DNA of 64,000 nt from Gloeobacterales cyanobacterium (lineage in GTDB: Bacteria > Cyanobacteriota > Cyanobacteriia > Gloeobacterales > PMM-0068). Shown here piece after piece: positions 1 through 8,278 of the stretch. The DNA lies in assembly GCA_038245785.1 (NCBI GenBank), contig JBBRSB010000003.1, positions 138,750 to 202,749 on the forward strand, in the 5' to 3' direction. A program made the position numbers and the translations under genes. The notes under the pieces are model-generated. The model was not told the origin of the DNA. It ran no database searches and saw only the letters and a program-made list of their open reading frames with translations. The stretch's first letter is position 1. The number at the start of each line of letters is the position of its first letter.

Positions 1-1647
1 TGAAGCCTGGTCTAGCTGAGCGCCTACTAAAACAGCGCCCCGCAAATCGGCATTGCGTAGGTCGGCCTTATTCATGTGTGCGCCCGTGAGGTCTGCCCCG
101 CGTAGCGAAGCCCGCAAATTAGCTTGGAAGGCACGAATACCTGTTAAATCGGCTCCTGCCAGCTGTGCCTGTTCTAAATTGGCTCCCGTAAAGTCGGCCC
201 CGCTCAGATCTTTGCCTTCCAGACGACTTTCGCGCAAATCGGCACCCTGAAATTGCTTGGTGCTTGCTGTTTCTGTATATCCAGACAGCCAGCTAGAAGG
301 GATGGCTTGCGGACGGGTGGGCATATTCAAAAATCCCATTTCCGCCAGACGAACTACATGGCCCAGGGTCTCTACTAATTTGGGGTCCCAAAGACGGCCT
401 GCGTCTTCTTGACAACGGGCAAAAGCCTCTCCCAGAGAAAGAGCCGGACGTGTGCCCCGAGGGTGTGTCATCTTTTGGAAGCGAATCACAAGGCGCAGAA
501 TTCTAGACCCCAGAGGAATTTCCTCCCCCTTCAGTCCGTCCGGCTTGCCAGAGCCATCCCAAGCTTCTTTTTCACGGGCAATAATCTGCGTGACTGCATT
601 TAGCTCCGGCATAGCGCCCAGGAGTTTCACGCCGTGCATCGGATGATTATCTAGGATCTCTTGTTCCTGTTCCGTGCGGTCTTCCTCTGCTTTGAGGAAT
701 ATAGTCTGAGAAGCCTGGGCTAGTCCTACGCGATGGAGGAGCGCTGCTAAGCGCAAGCGACGGATAGCTAGGGGAGGCAGTTGGAGCATTTGTCCTAAGG
801 TTTCCGCCAAAGCTGCCACCTGCAAGGAAGCCATTGGGTTATAGGGGTCTTTCGCATCTACCTGCTGGGCAATACGCAAGAACGCCTGCAGCTTATTGGC
901 TGTCAGGTTGCGTCCTGCAGGCGTCGGCTGCAGTAAACGCTCGGTCTCTGCACTGTAGGCAAATAATTTGTCTTCAGTCTCTTGGAGATTGGCGACTATT
1001 TGGGCAATGACGCTGCTTAAGTCTTCTTGCTTTGTGGTATCTATCTTGTGGATCGCTTCGATCCTCTCCCGCATAGATTTTTCGAGCTGTGGATCATAAA
1101 CGCCAATCCGGTCCAAAGCGATATGCGCCGATTGATAGACCAAGGCTTCATCAAAGGTCCAAAGACCATAGAATTTGCGTTCTAAGTCTTCCTCTGGACG
1201 TCCTTCTGGGCCATAGTCTTCATCGGTTAATTCTTGACAGAGGCAAGCGGCAGCATAGTCTGGAGCCAGAATGATCAAATTCCATTCTTCAGCTACTGGG
1301 TCATCGGTAGCGAGGCGGAGCAGGTGAACGTTTTCGAGACTGCCTGTGGGATGCTGGGCAAAACCACTGTCTTCCACCGCCATAATCACGATATCTTGAG
1401 CGTGCTGAGCCAGTTCTTGATAGCGCTCAGCCTCTTCGAGATACCACTTACCCTTTTGGAAGGTCGTAATCAGCAAGGGCAGGTCTTTTGCTTTGGCCCC
1501 CGTACGCAGTATGTGGTCTTCCATCGCATGGCAGATAGCTACCAGCGTGTTTTTGAAATATACGCGGAAGGTCTCGGGCAGGTTGCCGCCGACAGAATCC
1601 TGCTCAAGCTTTTCTCTCAAATTATAAAGAATCGAGTTTTTACGCAC
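1..1647 (-). CDS. DICT-like sensor / degenerate HD-GYP-like / pentapeptide-repeat signalling protein (3' end beyond the left edge)
   Basis: The minus frame is open from GTG 1645-1647 to position 1. It is missing from the ORF track because no stop lies in the window. My translation gives VRKNSILYNLREKLEQDSVGGNLPETFRVYFKNTLVAICHAMEDH... as the N-terminal half. It continues ...LRLAALLHRVGLAQ...EILDNHPMHGVKLL...IAREKEAWDGSGKPDGLKGEEIPLGSRILRLV (HD-GYP scaffold with HD->HR and GYP->GKP). Positions 1-250 encode A(D/N)LxG-type pentapeptide repeats (ADLRESRLEGKDLSGADFTGANLEQAQLAGADLTG...). Confidence 0.6.
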   Translation of the reverse strand, partial: MRKNSILYNLREKLEQDSVGGNLPETFRVYFKNTLVAICHAMEDHILRTGAKAKDLPLLITTFQKGKWYLEEAERYQELAQHAQDIVIMAVEDSGFAQHPTGSLENVHLLRLATDDPVAEEWNLIILAPDYAAACLCQELTDEDYGPEGRPEEDLERKFYGLWTFDEALVYQSAHIALDRIGVYDPQLEKSMRERIEAIHKIDTTKQEDLSSVIAQIVANLQETEDKLFAYSAETERLLQPTPAGRNLTANKLQAFLRIAQQVDAKDPYNPMASLQVAALAETLGQMLQLPPLAIRRLRLAALLHRVGLAQASQTIFLKAEEDRTEQEQEILDNHPMHGVKLLGAMPELNAVTQIIAREKEAWDGSGKPDGLKGEEIPLGSRILRLVIRFQKMTHPRGTRPALSLGEAFARCQEDAGRLWDPKLVETLGHVVRLAEMGFLNMPTRPQAIPSSWLSGYTETASTKQFQGADLRESRLEGKDLSGADFTGANLEQAQLAGADLTGIRAFQANLRASLRGADLTGAHMNKADLRNADLRGAVLVGAQLDQAS

Positions 1648-2406
1648 CTACGCCCCCATTCCCGGAAAATGACGAATCTTGGCAGAACCATCCATTGTGA
1701 GTTGTCCTCGACGGATATCACAGCGATGCATTCGCAATGCAACCCCGTCTAACTTGAATTTATCGAGGTCCATCAGGCTATTGATGTGATCCAAGATAGC
1801 TCTTGCTACTGCCTGGGATCGCTCACTGCCTTCTATTATGGGGTCGCTGAACAAAATGCGACGGTCTTCTTCCAAAGTAATCTTGGTACACAGGCGAACA
1901 TCCAGCGGTTCAGTCTCTTTTCCGACGGAAATTTGGCTATAGAGCAGCAAAATTCCTCCATCCTGGAGTTCTACGCCCGTATTGGAAAAATTCAAGGATT
2001 GTCCTTCAAAAGTCAGCAGCTGGAGTTTCTCGACAATGAAGGGTGTGTTGAAAGAACGGCTGAGGTCTTTTTCACTGAGCACCACACTCAAGGTGCCACT
2101 GGTTGACTGACGGAGCTTGATTTTTCCGCCCATCAGACTACTCAAATCGATGGCCACCGCCTGCACCCGGAGGTCCATGCGGGCCACCCGCAATCCATTG
2201 CGCATTTCCAAGCCGCGACCAACCAAATCAAAACCATCCAGACTCCCCTGGAGGATCTTGCTGACAGGATTGGCCCGGACTTTAGCATTCAGGCTGTCGG
2301 TGGTTTTGAATAGAGCGGCAATAGCTGCAGTAGCTACCGACCCGACCCATTCATCCCCCCCTTTATTCTGGAATGGAGAGAATATTGAACTGAGCATGTA
2401 CAGCAT
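1648..2406 (-). CDS. DUF2993 (LmeA-like) family protein
   Basis: 252-aa ORF with a hydrophobic N-terminus. The pattern ...ILQGSLDGFDLVGRGLEMRNGLRVARMDLRVQAVAIDLSSL...LSVVLSEKDLSRSFN... resembles cyanobacterial DUF2993 proteins. Its TAG stop (1648-1650) abuts the GTG of the next gene. Confidence 0.55.
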   Translation of the reverse strand: MLYMLSSIFSPFQNKGGDEWVGSVATAAIAALFKTTDSLNAKVRANPVSKILQGSLDGFDLVGRGLEMRNGLRVARMDLRVQAVAIDLSSLMGGKIKLRQSTSGTLSVVLSEKDLSRSFNTPFIVEKLQLLTFEGQSLNFSNTGVELQDGGILLLYSQISVGKETEPLDVRLCTKITLEEDRRILFSDPIIEGSERSQAVARAILDHINSLMDLDKFKLDGVALRMHRCDIRRGQLTMDGSAKIRHFPGMGA

Positions 2407-2510
2407 CCCAAACGCAGCAGTAGTAAAGAGCCGCAGAAGGACCCGGCGCTTTCTTCATCCTATAGGAGGTTTCCGAATTTTAGAGAGCAAAGTGTAGGCT
2501 GCTGAAAGAT

Positions 2511-2741
2511 TTAAGCTTGCTTGTCGGCTATAGAAGAATCCTTAGACTCCAGAGGTTTAGCCTCTTGATTTTTTTCATCCCCGCCTCTTTTCAATTCTTC
2601 TTCAAACTCGGTAGTAGCTTTTCTAAAACTCTTCGTTGCTTGCCCTAAGGTTTTTCCCAGCTCTGGAATTTTCTTAGGGCCAAAAACCAGTAGAGCGACT
2701 ACTGCAATTGCGCCTAATTCTAAAGGACCCAAGCCAAACAT
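2511..2741 (-). CDS. tatA: Twin-arginine translocase subunit TatA/E
   Basis: 76 aa: MFGLGPLELGAIAVVALLVFGPKKIPELGKTLGQATKSFRKA.... This is the classic TatA layout of an N-terminal TM helix, an amphipathic helix and an acidic tail. Confidence 0.9.
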   Translation of the reverse strand: MFGLGPLELGAIAVVALLVFGPKKIPELGKTLGQATKSFRKATTEFEEELKRGGDEKNQEAKPLESKDSSIADKQA

Positions 2742-2818
2742 ATGGATACCAAGACTTCAGTAGCCTCAGTATAGCGAAAGGCTGTGTAGAGCCAATGCAA
2801 TCACCACTATTCTGCGCT

Positions 2819-3145
2819 TTAAGATACGGGGAACAAGAGACGATAGAAGCAGAGGCCATTGAGGGCAAGCAAGGTCAAGCTGGCAGAGTGGATTTGCCAG
2901 CTCAGGGGAGAGGGAGCTACTTTTTCACTCACCATCGCCAGAAGTGCGGCATTGATCGAATAGGCCAGGGCAAGCGTCTGGAATGCCCACCAGTCATAGC
3001 CAAAACCGATAGCCCCGCAGCAAAAAGCCAGTCCGAATATCACGAGGGCTATGGCCCGAGGCGGATCTACTTCGGTCCAGTGGCGTATCCTCTCGATACG
3101 GCAGATCCAGGCAGAACGAAGATTTTGCGGAAAAAACGCGCGCAT
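2819..3145 (-). CDS. Small hypothetical membrane protein
   Basis: ORF 2819..3205 trimmed to the internal ATG (MRAFFPQNL...), which avoids overlap with the upstream glycosyltransferase. Two or three hydrophobic stretches are present (AIALVIFGLAFCCGAIGFGY, LALAYSINAALLAMV, LTLLALNGLCFY). I recognise no family. Confidence 0.4.
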   Translation of the reverse strand: MRAFFPQNLRSAWICRIERIRHWTEVDPPRAIALVIFGLAFCCGAIGFGYDWWAFQTLALAYSINAALLAMVSEKVAPSPLSWQIHSASLTLLALNGLCFYRLLFPVS

Positions 3146-3174
3146 AACCAAGATATGGATATTGTTCCGAAAGA

Positions 3175-4356
3175 TTAGCAAACTCTTGCCTGTTGTTGCC
3201 ACCATTGCACCGTCTGTTCGGTGATGATCTCCCAGGCAAACCTCTGCTGGACAGCTTGTTGGGCATTGTTGGCCAGTTTTTGGGCTAGGTCCTGATGAGT
3301 CAAAAGACGCAGAATCGCCCAGGCCAGATGGGCGCCACTCTTGGCCGGGACTTTCAGCCCACTGTATTCGTCGGCAACAATTTCAGCCAGCCCGCCCACA
3401 TCCGACACAACCACAGGCACGCCAGACGCCATCGCTTCTAAGGCGACAATGCCGAACGGCTCGTAGAGACTGGGAAAGGCACCTATATCTGCAACTCGAA
3501 TCAGGTCCTGAAGTTCTTCCTCGGGAAGATAGCCTGTAAAGTGCACGTGCTGATCTACTCTTAATTTCTGGCTACGACGCTGGACCTCTTCTAGATAAGG
3601 GCCACGACCGACGAGTACGGCCTTGGCATTGGGCATATTGCCCAGTAGATGGGGCATGGCCTCTACTAGGTAGCGCGCCCCTTTTTCATGGACCATCCGC
3701 CCGACAAAAAGGATCAGTTTCTGGTCTTCGGTGACATAGCGCTTGCGCACTTGGGCTCTTTCTTCTGGGCTCAAGGGAGGACGGGTATCTGGCTGGATAC
3801 CATTTGGGAAAATGCCGATTTTGGAGTCAGGAACTTGAAATAGCGTCTGGAGTTCTGCTTTCATCGCTTTCGAACAAACGATAACGTTATCGGCTTTATG
3901 GACCAACCATTCTTCCATCTTGTGAATATGACGTTGGAGAGCATGGTGTATCCCATCCATCCGGCCAGATTCTGTGGCATGCAGGGTAGCGCTCAGAGGA
4001 ATCTTCCACTTTTCCTGGAGGGCAATGCCTGCTTCTGCCGTAAGCCAATCGTGACAGTGGATCAGGTCAAAGGGTTGTTCTTGATGGAAGACCGGCGCTA
4101 TTTCCCGCAGCTGCTGGTTAAATCTACGGACCCATCCCAGGAAATCTTCCGTAGGGACGGGTGGGTGCAAAACATAATCGACTTGGACGCCCTTTAGGAT
4201 TTGGGTCTTGCCTTTGCTTTCTTCCTCAGGCGCAACGGTCAGGACATGGACTTGATGACCTTGCGCGACGAAGGATTCACAGAGTCCTTCGCAGTGTCGT
4301 GCCAACCCACCCACAATCCGTGGAGGATATTCCCAAGTAAGTTCAAGAATCCGCAT
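3175..4356 (-). CDS. GT4-family glycosyltransferase (position of the scytonemin-cluster glycosyltransferase)
   Basis: 393 aa. The N-terminus MRILELTWEYPPRIVGGLARH is typical, and the C-terminal EPFGIVALEAMASGVPVVVSDVGGLAEIV matches the E-x7-E region of group-1 glycosyltransferases. It is co-directional with, and downstream of, the scy genes. Confidence 0.85.
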   Translation of the reverse strand: MRILELTWEYPPRIVGGLARHCEGLCESFVAQGHQVHVLTVAPEEESKGKTQILKGVQVDYVLHPPVPTEDFLGWVRRFNQQLREIAPVFHQEQPFDLIHCHDWLTAEAGIALQEKWKIPLSATLHATESGRMDGIHHALQRHIHKMEEWLVHKADNVIVCSKAMKAELQTLFQVPDSKIGIFPNGIQPDTRPPLSPEERAQVRKRYVTEDQKLILFVGRMVHEKGARYLVEAMPHLLGNMPNAKAVLVGRGPYLEEVQRRSQKLRVDQHVHFTGYLPEEELQDLIRVADIGAFPSLYEPFGIVALEAMASGVPVVVSDVGGLAEIVADEYSGLKVPAKSGAHLAWAILRLLTHQDLAQKLANNAQQAVQQRFAWEIITEQTVQWWQQQARVC

Positions 4357-4649
4357 ATCCCAGGCGCAAAAAGTATCTTATTGTGCCATGAGCGTTGTGT
4401 TAAAAAATGTATCGTCATGCTTTTGGGACCCATCGGTTCGGATCTAGTTCTGGCAGGCCCGAGCAGCAAGAACTCAAAATTTATCCAAGTTGACCGCAAA
4501 ATTAGTGCTTGAAAATCATAATCGTACTGAGTATGCTTTAGGCACGGATTTGTAATGGCTTCTGAGAATTCTTTGGTTTATATCCGTTAGTAGGTGGTGG
4601 AGAGAAGTGAAGTTAGTGGACACCTAGGAACTCAAAATTATTGGAGGAA

Positions 4650-4849
4650 ATGCACATCATGACTGACGAGAAAATATTGACCACGGCCGATGATTGCCCG
4701 TGAACAAGCCCCGTTGGCCGGTAATGAACTATCAGCGCGATAGTTCAATGTCGTTTGGGCAAGGGGATGATATGCCTAACTATGAGCCGAATAGCTACGA
4801 TACAGCTCCCAAAGAAGCTCCGGAATATGCTGAGCCCCCGTTCGGCTGA
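4650..4849 (+). pseudogene. Catalase gene remnant (N-terminal codons joined out of frame to a short C-proximal block)
   Basis: Frame A from ATG 4650/4659 reads (MHI)MTDEKILTTADDCP*, resembling catalase N-termini (..KLTTxxGxPV..). Frame B from 4694 reads LPVNKPRWPVMNYQRDSSMSFGQGDDMPNYEPNSYDTAPKEAPEYAEPPFG* (stop 4847-4849). This matches the conserved catalase block LPVN.P....NYQRDG.M......PNYEPNS........EPP. About 400 internal codons and the C-terminus are absent. Confidence 0.6.
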
Positions 4850-4863
4850 CGCTCAGGGAAGCC

Positions 4864-4889
4864 AAAATTCCCCAATTCTGGGGAATTTT
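4864..4889. repeat. Palindromic hairpin repeat, CCCC-AATTCT-GGGG core (copy 1 of 3)
   Basis: aaaattcccc aattct ggggaatttt forms 10-bp perfect arms (4864-4873 / 4880-4889) around the loop AATTCT. The same core recurs at 17421-17438 and 17501-17516. Confidence 0.8.
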
Positions 4890-5001
4890 GGGCTAGAACC
4901 GCGCTTAGCTTGCTTCCCATTGGCGTTCGCGTAGCGTCTCTGCAAGAGACAGCTTGCCGGAGGCATAGGCACAGGGTGAGTTGGAGGGCAGGGGGGAGGA
5001 C

Positions 5002-7158
5002 TTAAGGATGCTCTTCTTCTCTGTCTCCCTCACGCTGACGCAAGGCGGCATTCTTGACCTTCAGGACTTGAATGCGACTGTTGAAGAAATCGCCGACGTA
5101 CAGCTTACCTTTGTAGTAGTGAGCACCAGCGGTCCAGTTGAAGAGTCCCGGTTCAGGCAGAGGTTGTCCTGGTTGGAGAATGTTCTGGGGACCCGCATTG
5201 GGGACGGGTTTACCAAAGCTCGTCAGGAATTTTCCCTCCTTATTGAAGACTTGGATGCGGCTGTTGATCGAGTCTGCTACATAAACATTGTCGAACTCAT
5301 CCACCTCCACCCCGATCGGCTGATTGAGCTGTCCAGGTCCAACACCCGGCTCCCCAAACGCAAACAGGGGCTGACCTACAGGACTAAGCACTTGGATGCG
5401 GTTGTTTAATTGGTCTCCTACATAAATTTTGCCTGTTGTTGGGGAAACGGAAATCCCAGAGGGTCCTTGAAACTGTCCAAGTTCTTTACCCGGTGAGCCG
5501 ATCTTATTGATCAGGTCGCCATTGCGATTAAAGACCTGGATAAAGTCGCTGCTAAAATCGGTCACGTACAGTTTGCCGCTCTTGTCGAAGGTTAAACCCC
5601 CTGGACCAGAGAAAGCCCGCCCTTCAACCGGAGCTCCAAAACTCCCAAAAGACTTGATCGGGTTACCCTCACGGTCATAAACATTAATCCGGTTGTTAAA
5701 GACATCGCCTACATAGAGGTTGCCTGTTTCGTCGTCGAATTTCAGATCGGCGGGTTCATTGAGCTGTCCTAGACCCGTTCCACTGCTACCCACCGTTTTG
5801 ACAAAGTTGCCGCGCTCATCGAAGACTTGCAGTCGGTCCCCTTCACCATCGCTTACCCAGACCTGTCCGGTGCTGGGCTGCACGGTAATACCCTGAGGAA
5901 GGAAAATATTCGCAGGTCCAAAGCCGGGGCTGCTAATCGTCGATTCGTACTTCAATTTGACCGATTCACTCTTTTTCACCTTGTCAATCTTCACCTGTAG
6001 CACCTGTCCAAGACCGGGACTGGCTCCTTTGTTGGTGATGTAGATGGTGTCATCGGCCGCAATCGCCAGGGCTGTCGGAGCATCCAGTCCATTGCCACTC
6101 AGCAACACCGTTCGCTTACCGTTCGGGGCGATTTTGATCAGCGAACCTTCCATCGCTCCTGGCGTCATTTTCCAGGAAGCTTCGTTATAGATCTGAAGCA
6201 CGTACAGATTGCCCTTGCTGTCGAACTCTAAGTCGCCAAGCTGAGTAAAACCGGTTGCAAAGACTTCCGACTTCCCATCTCTGCCAACGCGGAGGATTCT
6301 GGCTGCACCTTCGGGATAAGGGAATCCTGTAAATTCGCTGGTGTAAACTGCGCCATCAGGGCCGACGGCAACCCCCGTGGGTACTGATTGCACTTCCTTG
6401 GGACCAGGAGGAGGAGCACCGCCGGGAGGAGCTGGTTGGTTAGGGTCAGGTGGGGGGAAAACAGGGTTATCAATGAACTGCGTGGGGAGCCCAAATCCTT
6501 CTGCCTTACCGTCTGTCAAGCGCACCGAGTAAAGCGAGTTACCCCCTGCATCCACAATGTACGCCTCACGGCCCTTGATCGCCACCGCATAGGGATTGGT
6601 GATTTTGCAGCCTAGAAAGTCAACTGCAGTGCACTTATCGGGATCATTATCTAGCTCGTATTGAGCGATGTCCAACAGACTTGTCAACTGGCCTGAACCT
6701 AAGTCGAATTTGTAAAACTGTCCAAAGGTCGGTTCTTGAAAAACGGCTTCGCGGTTTGCTGGGTCTCCTGCAAATCCATAAACTAGGTAGGCATTCCCTT
6801 CGGCATCAAACTGTATGTCCTGGGGACCCGCTCCTTCATTACCACTGGGCTGCAAGGCAAGAGAGGGCAGATTAGAAAAAATCCGCTCTTGCTTACCGTC
6901 TTTAATGCGGGTAATCGCCCCTGTATTGCCTACACAGAGAGGCAAACCTTGGACGCTTGGGGAAGGAATACAAGCGCCGCCGCCGCCAATGCCTGCTTCC
7001 GTTACATAGACGCTGCCGTCGGGACCGATGCCCAAGCCACGAGCGTTGTCTAGCTTGTCAGCAATGACTTTGTAGGTTGCGACTTCCTGCGCCGCGACAG
7101 GATAGGTCGTTGCTAAGCCGAGAGCAAGCAGGGCAACGATTGAGTTCTTGAATTTCAT
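5002..7158 (-). CDS. Secreted ScyD/ScyE-family beta-propeller fused to a six-NHL-repeat (ScyF-like) domain
   Basis: 718 aa with signal peptide MKFKNSIVALLALGLATTYPVAAQE. The N-terminal half has ScyD/ScyE-family signatures (LDNARGLGIGPDGSVYVTEAGIGGGGAC...CVGNTGAITRI). A Pro-rich insert follows. The C-terminal half has six NHL-type blades ending RLQVFDERG, RINVYDREG, FIQVFNRNG, RIQVLSPVG, RIQVFNKEG and RIQVLKVKN. It sits directly downstream of scyC. Confidence 0.75.
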   Translation of the reverse strand: MKFKNSIVALLALGLATTYPVAAQEVATYKVIADKLDNARGLGIGPDGSVYVTEAGIGGGGACIPSPSVQGLPLCVGNTGAITRIKDGKQERIFSNLPSLALQPSGNEGAGPQDIQFDAEGNAYLVYGFAGDPANREAVFQEPTFGQFYKFDLGSGQLTSLLDIAQYELDNDPDKCTAVDFLGCKITNPYAVAIKGREAYIVDAGGNSLYSVRLTDGKAEGFGLPTQFIDNPVFPPPDPNQPAPPGGAPPPGPKEVQSVPTGVAVGPDGAVYTSEFTGFPYPEGAARILRVGRDGKSEVFATGFTQLGDLEFDSKGNLYVLQIYNEASWKMTPGAMEGSLIKIAPNGKRTVLLSGNGLDAPTALAIAADDTIYITNKGASPGLGQVLQVKIDKVKKSESVKLKYESTISSPGFGPANIFLPQGITVQPSTGQVWVSDGEGDRLQVFDERGNFVKTVGSSGTGLGQLNEPADLKFDDETGNLYVGDVFNNRINVYDREGNPIKSFGSFGAPVEGRAFSGPGGLTFDKSGKLYVTDFSSDFIQVFNRNGDLINKIGSPGKELGQFQGPSGISVSPTTGKIYVGDQLNNRIQVLSPVGQPLFAFGEPGVGPGQLNQPIGVEVDEFDNVYVADSINSRIQVFNKEGKFLTSFGKPVPNAGPQNILQPGQPLPEPGLFNWTAGAHYYKGKLYVGDFFNSRIQVLKVKNAALRQREGDREEEHP

Positions 7159-7304
7159 AATTCTCCATAATTGACACTACATGAACGTGTTGGTTGATTG
7201 AGGCCATGGGCAATCCAGTACTCCAGCAACACCACGGGAGTACTCGTTGCGGGAGAGAAGACGATCCCGCCGATCCAAACGGAACGAGCAAACACTGCTG
7301 CTCT

Positions 7305-8264
7305 TTAGGCAACGGGGAGATAGCTCATTCCCCGTTCAAACGTGGCAAGATTGCCCGCTTTTGCTTCCAGCAAGCGCTTGATATTCATACTTTCAGCGCC
7401 GTAGTCCTCGATTTGAAGTCTGCCGTGGGGCATAGGCTTCTGGAGGTCCCAAAAGGTAATACGGTGCTGAATAAGACCCTGCGCAGCATCATCCCCAAAG
7501 GCATAGGAGCAGGGTACGAGCAGCGTTGGGCAGCGCTGCATAAATTGATAGTCAGGATAGAAATAGTCCTGTTCGATCAGGGAGTACTTACCGAGCGAGT
7601 GGACTCGGAATGTCACCTGCACGGTGCGATTGTACTCGTCCAAAAACTCGCCCGACTGAGCGTTTTTCTCTGAGGTCACATCACCTTGTGGCCGAAGCAA
7701 GTGACACCACTCTTTGTGATTATCTAGATTGCCGATATAGTCGACGGCAAGGTCTAAGGGAGCATCCACGTAGATTGAATCTGTGTCAATCTTGTAGCGG
7801 CCGACGGCAGCAGCGGTATTCCCCTGCTTGCGCTCTAAAATTGCTTTCAGGGAGCGACATTCGGCGGTATGCACCGTGTGCACACCCTCCATAATCATCG
7901 GCGTGCGGCGGCGCGGATCGATAAAGCTGAGCCAATGGAAGTAAACGCCCGCCTCGTCTAGTCCTGGGTGGACATAGCCCGGCGGAAACAGCAGTACGGG
8001 ATAAACCTGAAAGTATTTGTTGTATTCGAAGCCGCAGTGCCACTCGATTCCATAAAAGAGTGGATTTTCAATTTTGCGAACGTGGTAGTAAAGATCGTTT
8101 TGGTAGCCGGAAGCTGTGCCCCGCCAGGTCTGCTCATCAATCTGTTCAATCATGTTGCTGAACAGCGTCCACTCATCCAGGTTCTGCAGTTCGTACAGAT
8201 AGTCGAAGGCTGTTTTGGGATCTGTGGCAATGTAGGCAGAGGTAGCAAATGTATTTTTTTCCAT
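7305..8264 (-). CDS. scyC: ScyC-like scytonemin biosynthesis protein
   Basis: 319 aa (MEKNTFATSAYIATDPKTAFDYL...). It lies between the Leu/Trp-dehydrogenase homolog and the ScyE/F-like gene, which is the size and position of scyC in the reference scyABCDEF operon. The call rests mainly on synteny. Confidence 0.7.
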   Translation of the reverse strand: MEKNTFATSAYIATDPKTAFDYLYELQNLDEWTLFSNMIEQIDEQTWRGTASGYQNDLYYHVRKIENPLFYGIEWHCGFEYNKYFQVYPVLLFPPGYVHPGLDEAGVYFHWLSFIDPRRRTPMIMEGVHTVHTAECRSLKAILERKQGNTAAAVGRYKIDTDSIYVDAPLDLAVDYIGNLDNHKEWCHLLRPQGDVTSEKNAQSGEFLDEYNRTVQVTFRVHSLGKYSLIEQDYFYPDYQFMQRCPTLLVPCSYAFGDDAAQGLIQHRITFWDLQKPMPHGRLQIEDYGAESMNIKRLLEAKAGNLATFERGMSYLPVA

Positions 8265-8278
8265 CGGTTACTTCTTGG

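Noticed and set aside
1234-1752. Long plus-strand ORF (172 aa), together with many similar track entries opposite strong genes. Examples are 7968..8459, 10101..10535, 16469..16888, 21392..21811, 25160..25555, 31463..31915, 59649..60068 and 63175..63522.
   Set aside because: Each lies antisense to, or out of frame within, a gene with clear family motifs. Their translations are low-complexity or Arg/Ser/Pro-rich with no recognisable domain. They are shadow ORFs.
2511-2741. tatA lies downstream of, and co-directional with, the scy genes. I considered a dedicated Tat export component for the periplasmic Scy proteins.
   Set aside because: The ScyE/F-like protein here has an ordinary Sec-type signal peptide with no twin-arginine motif. 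tatA is a housekeeping gene, and a ~77-bp gap plus unrelated neighbours give no support for functional linkage.
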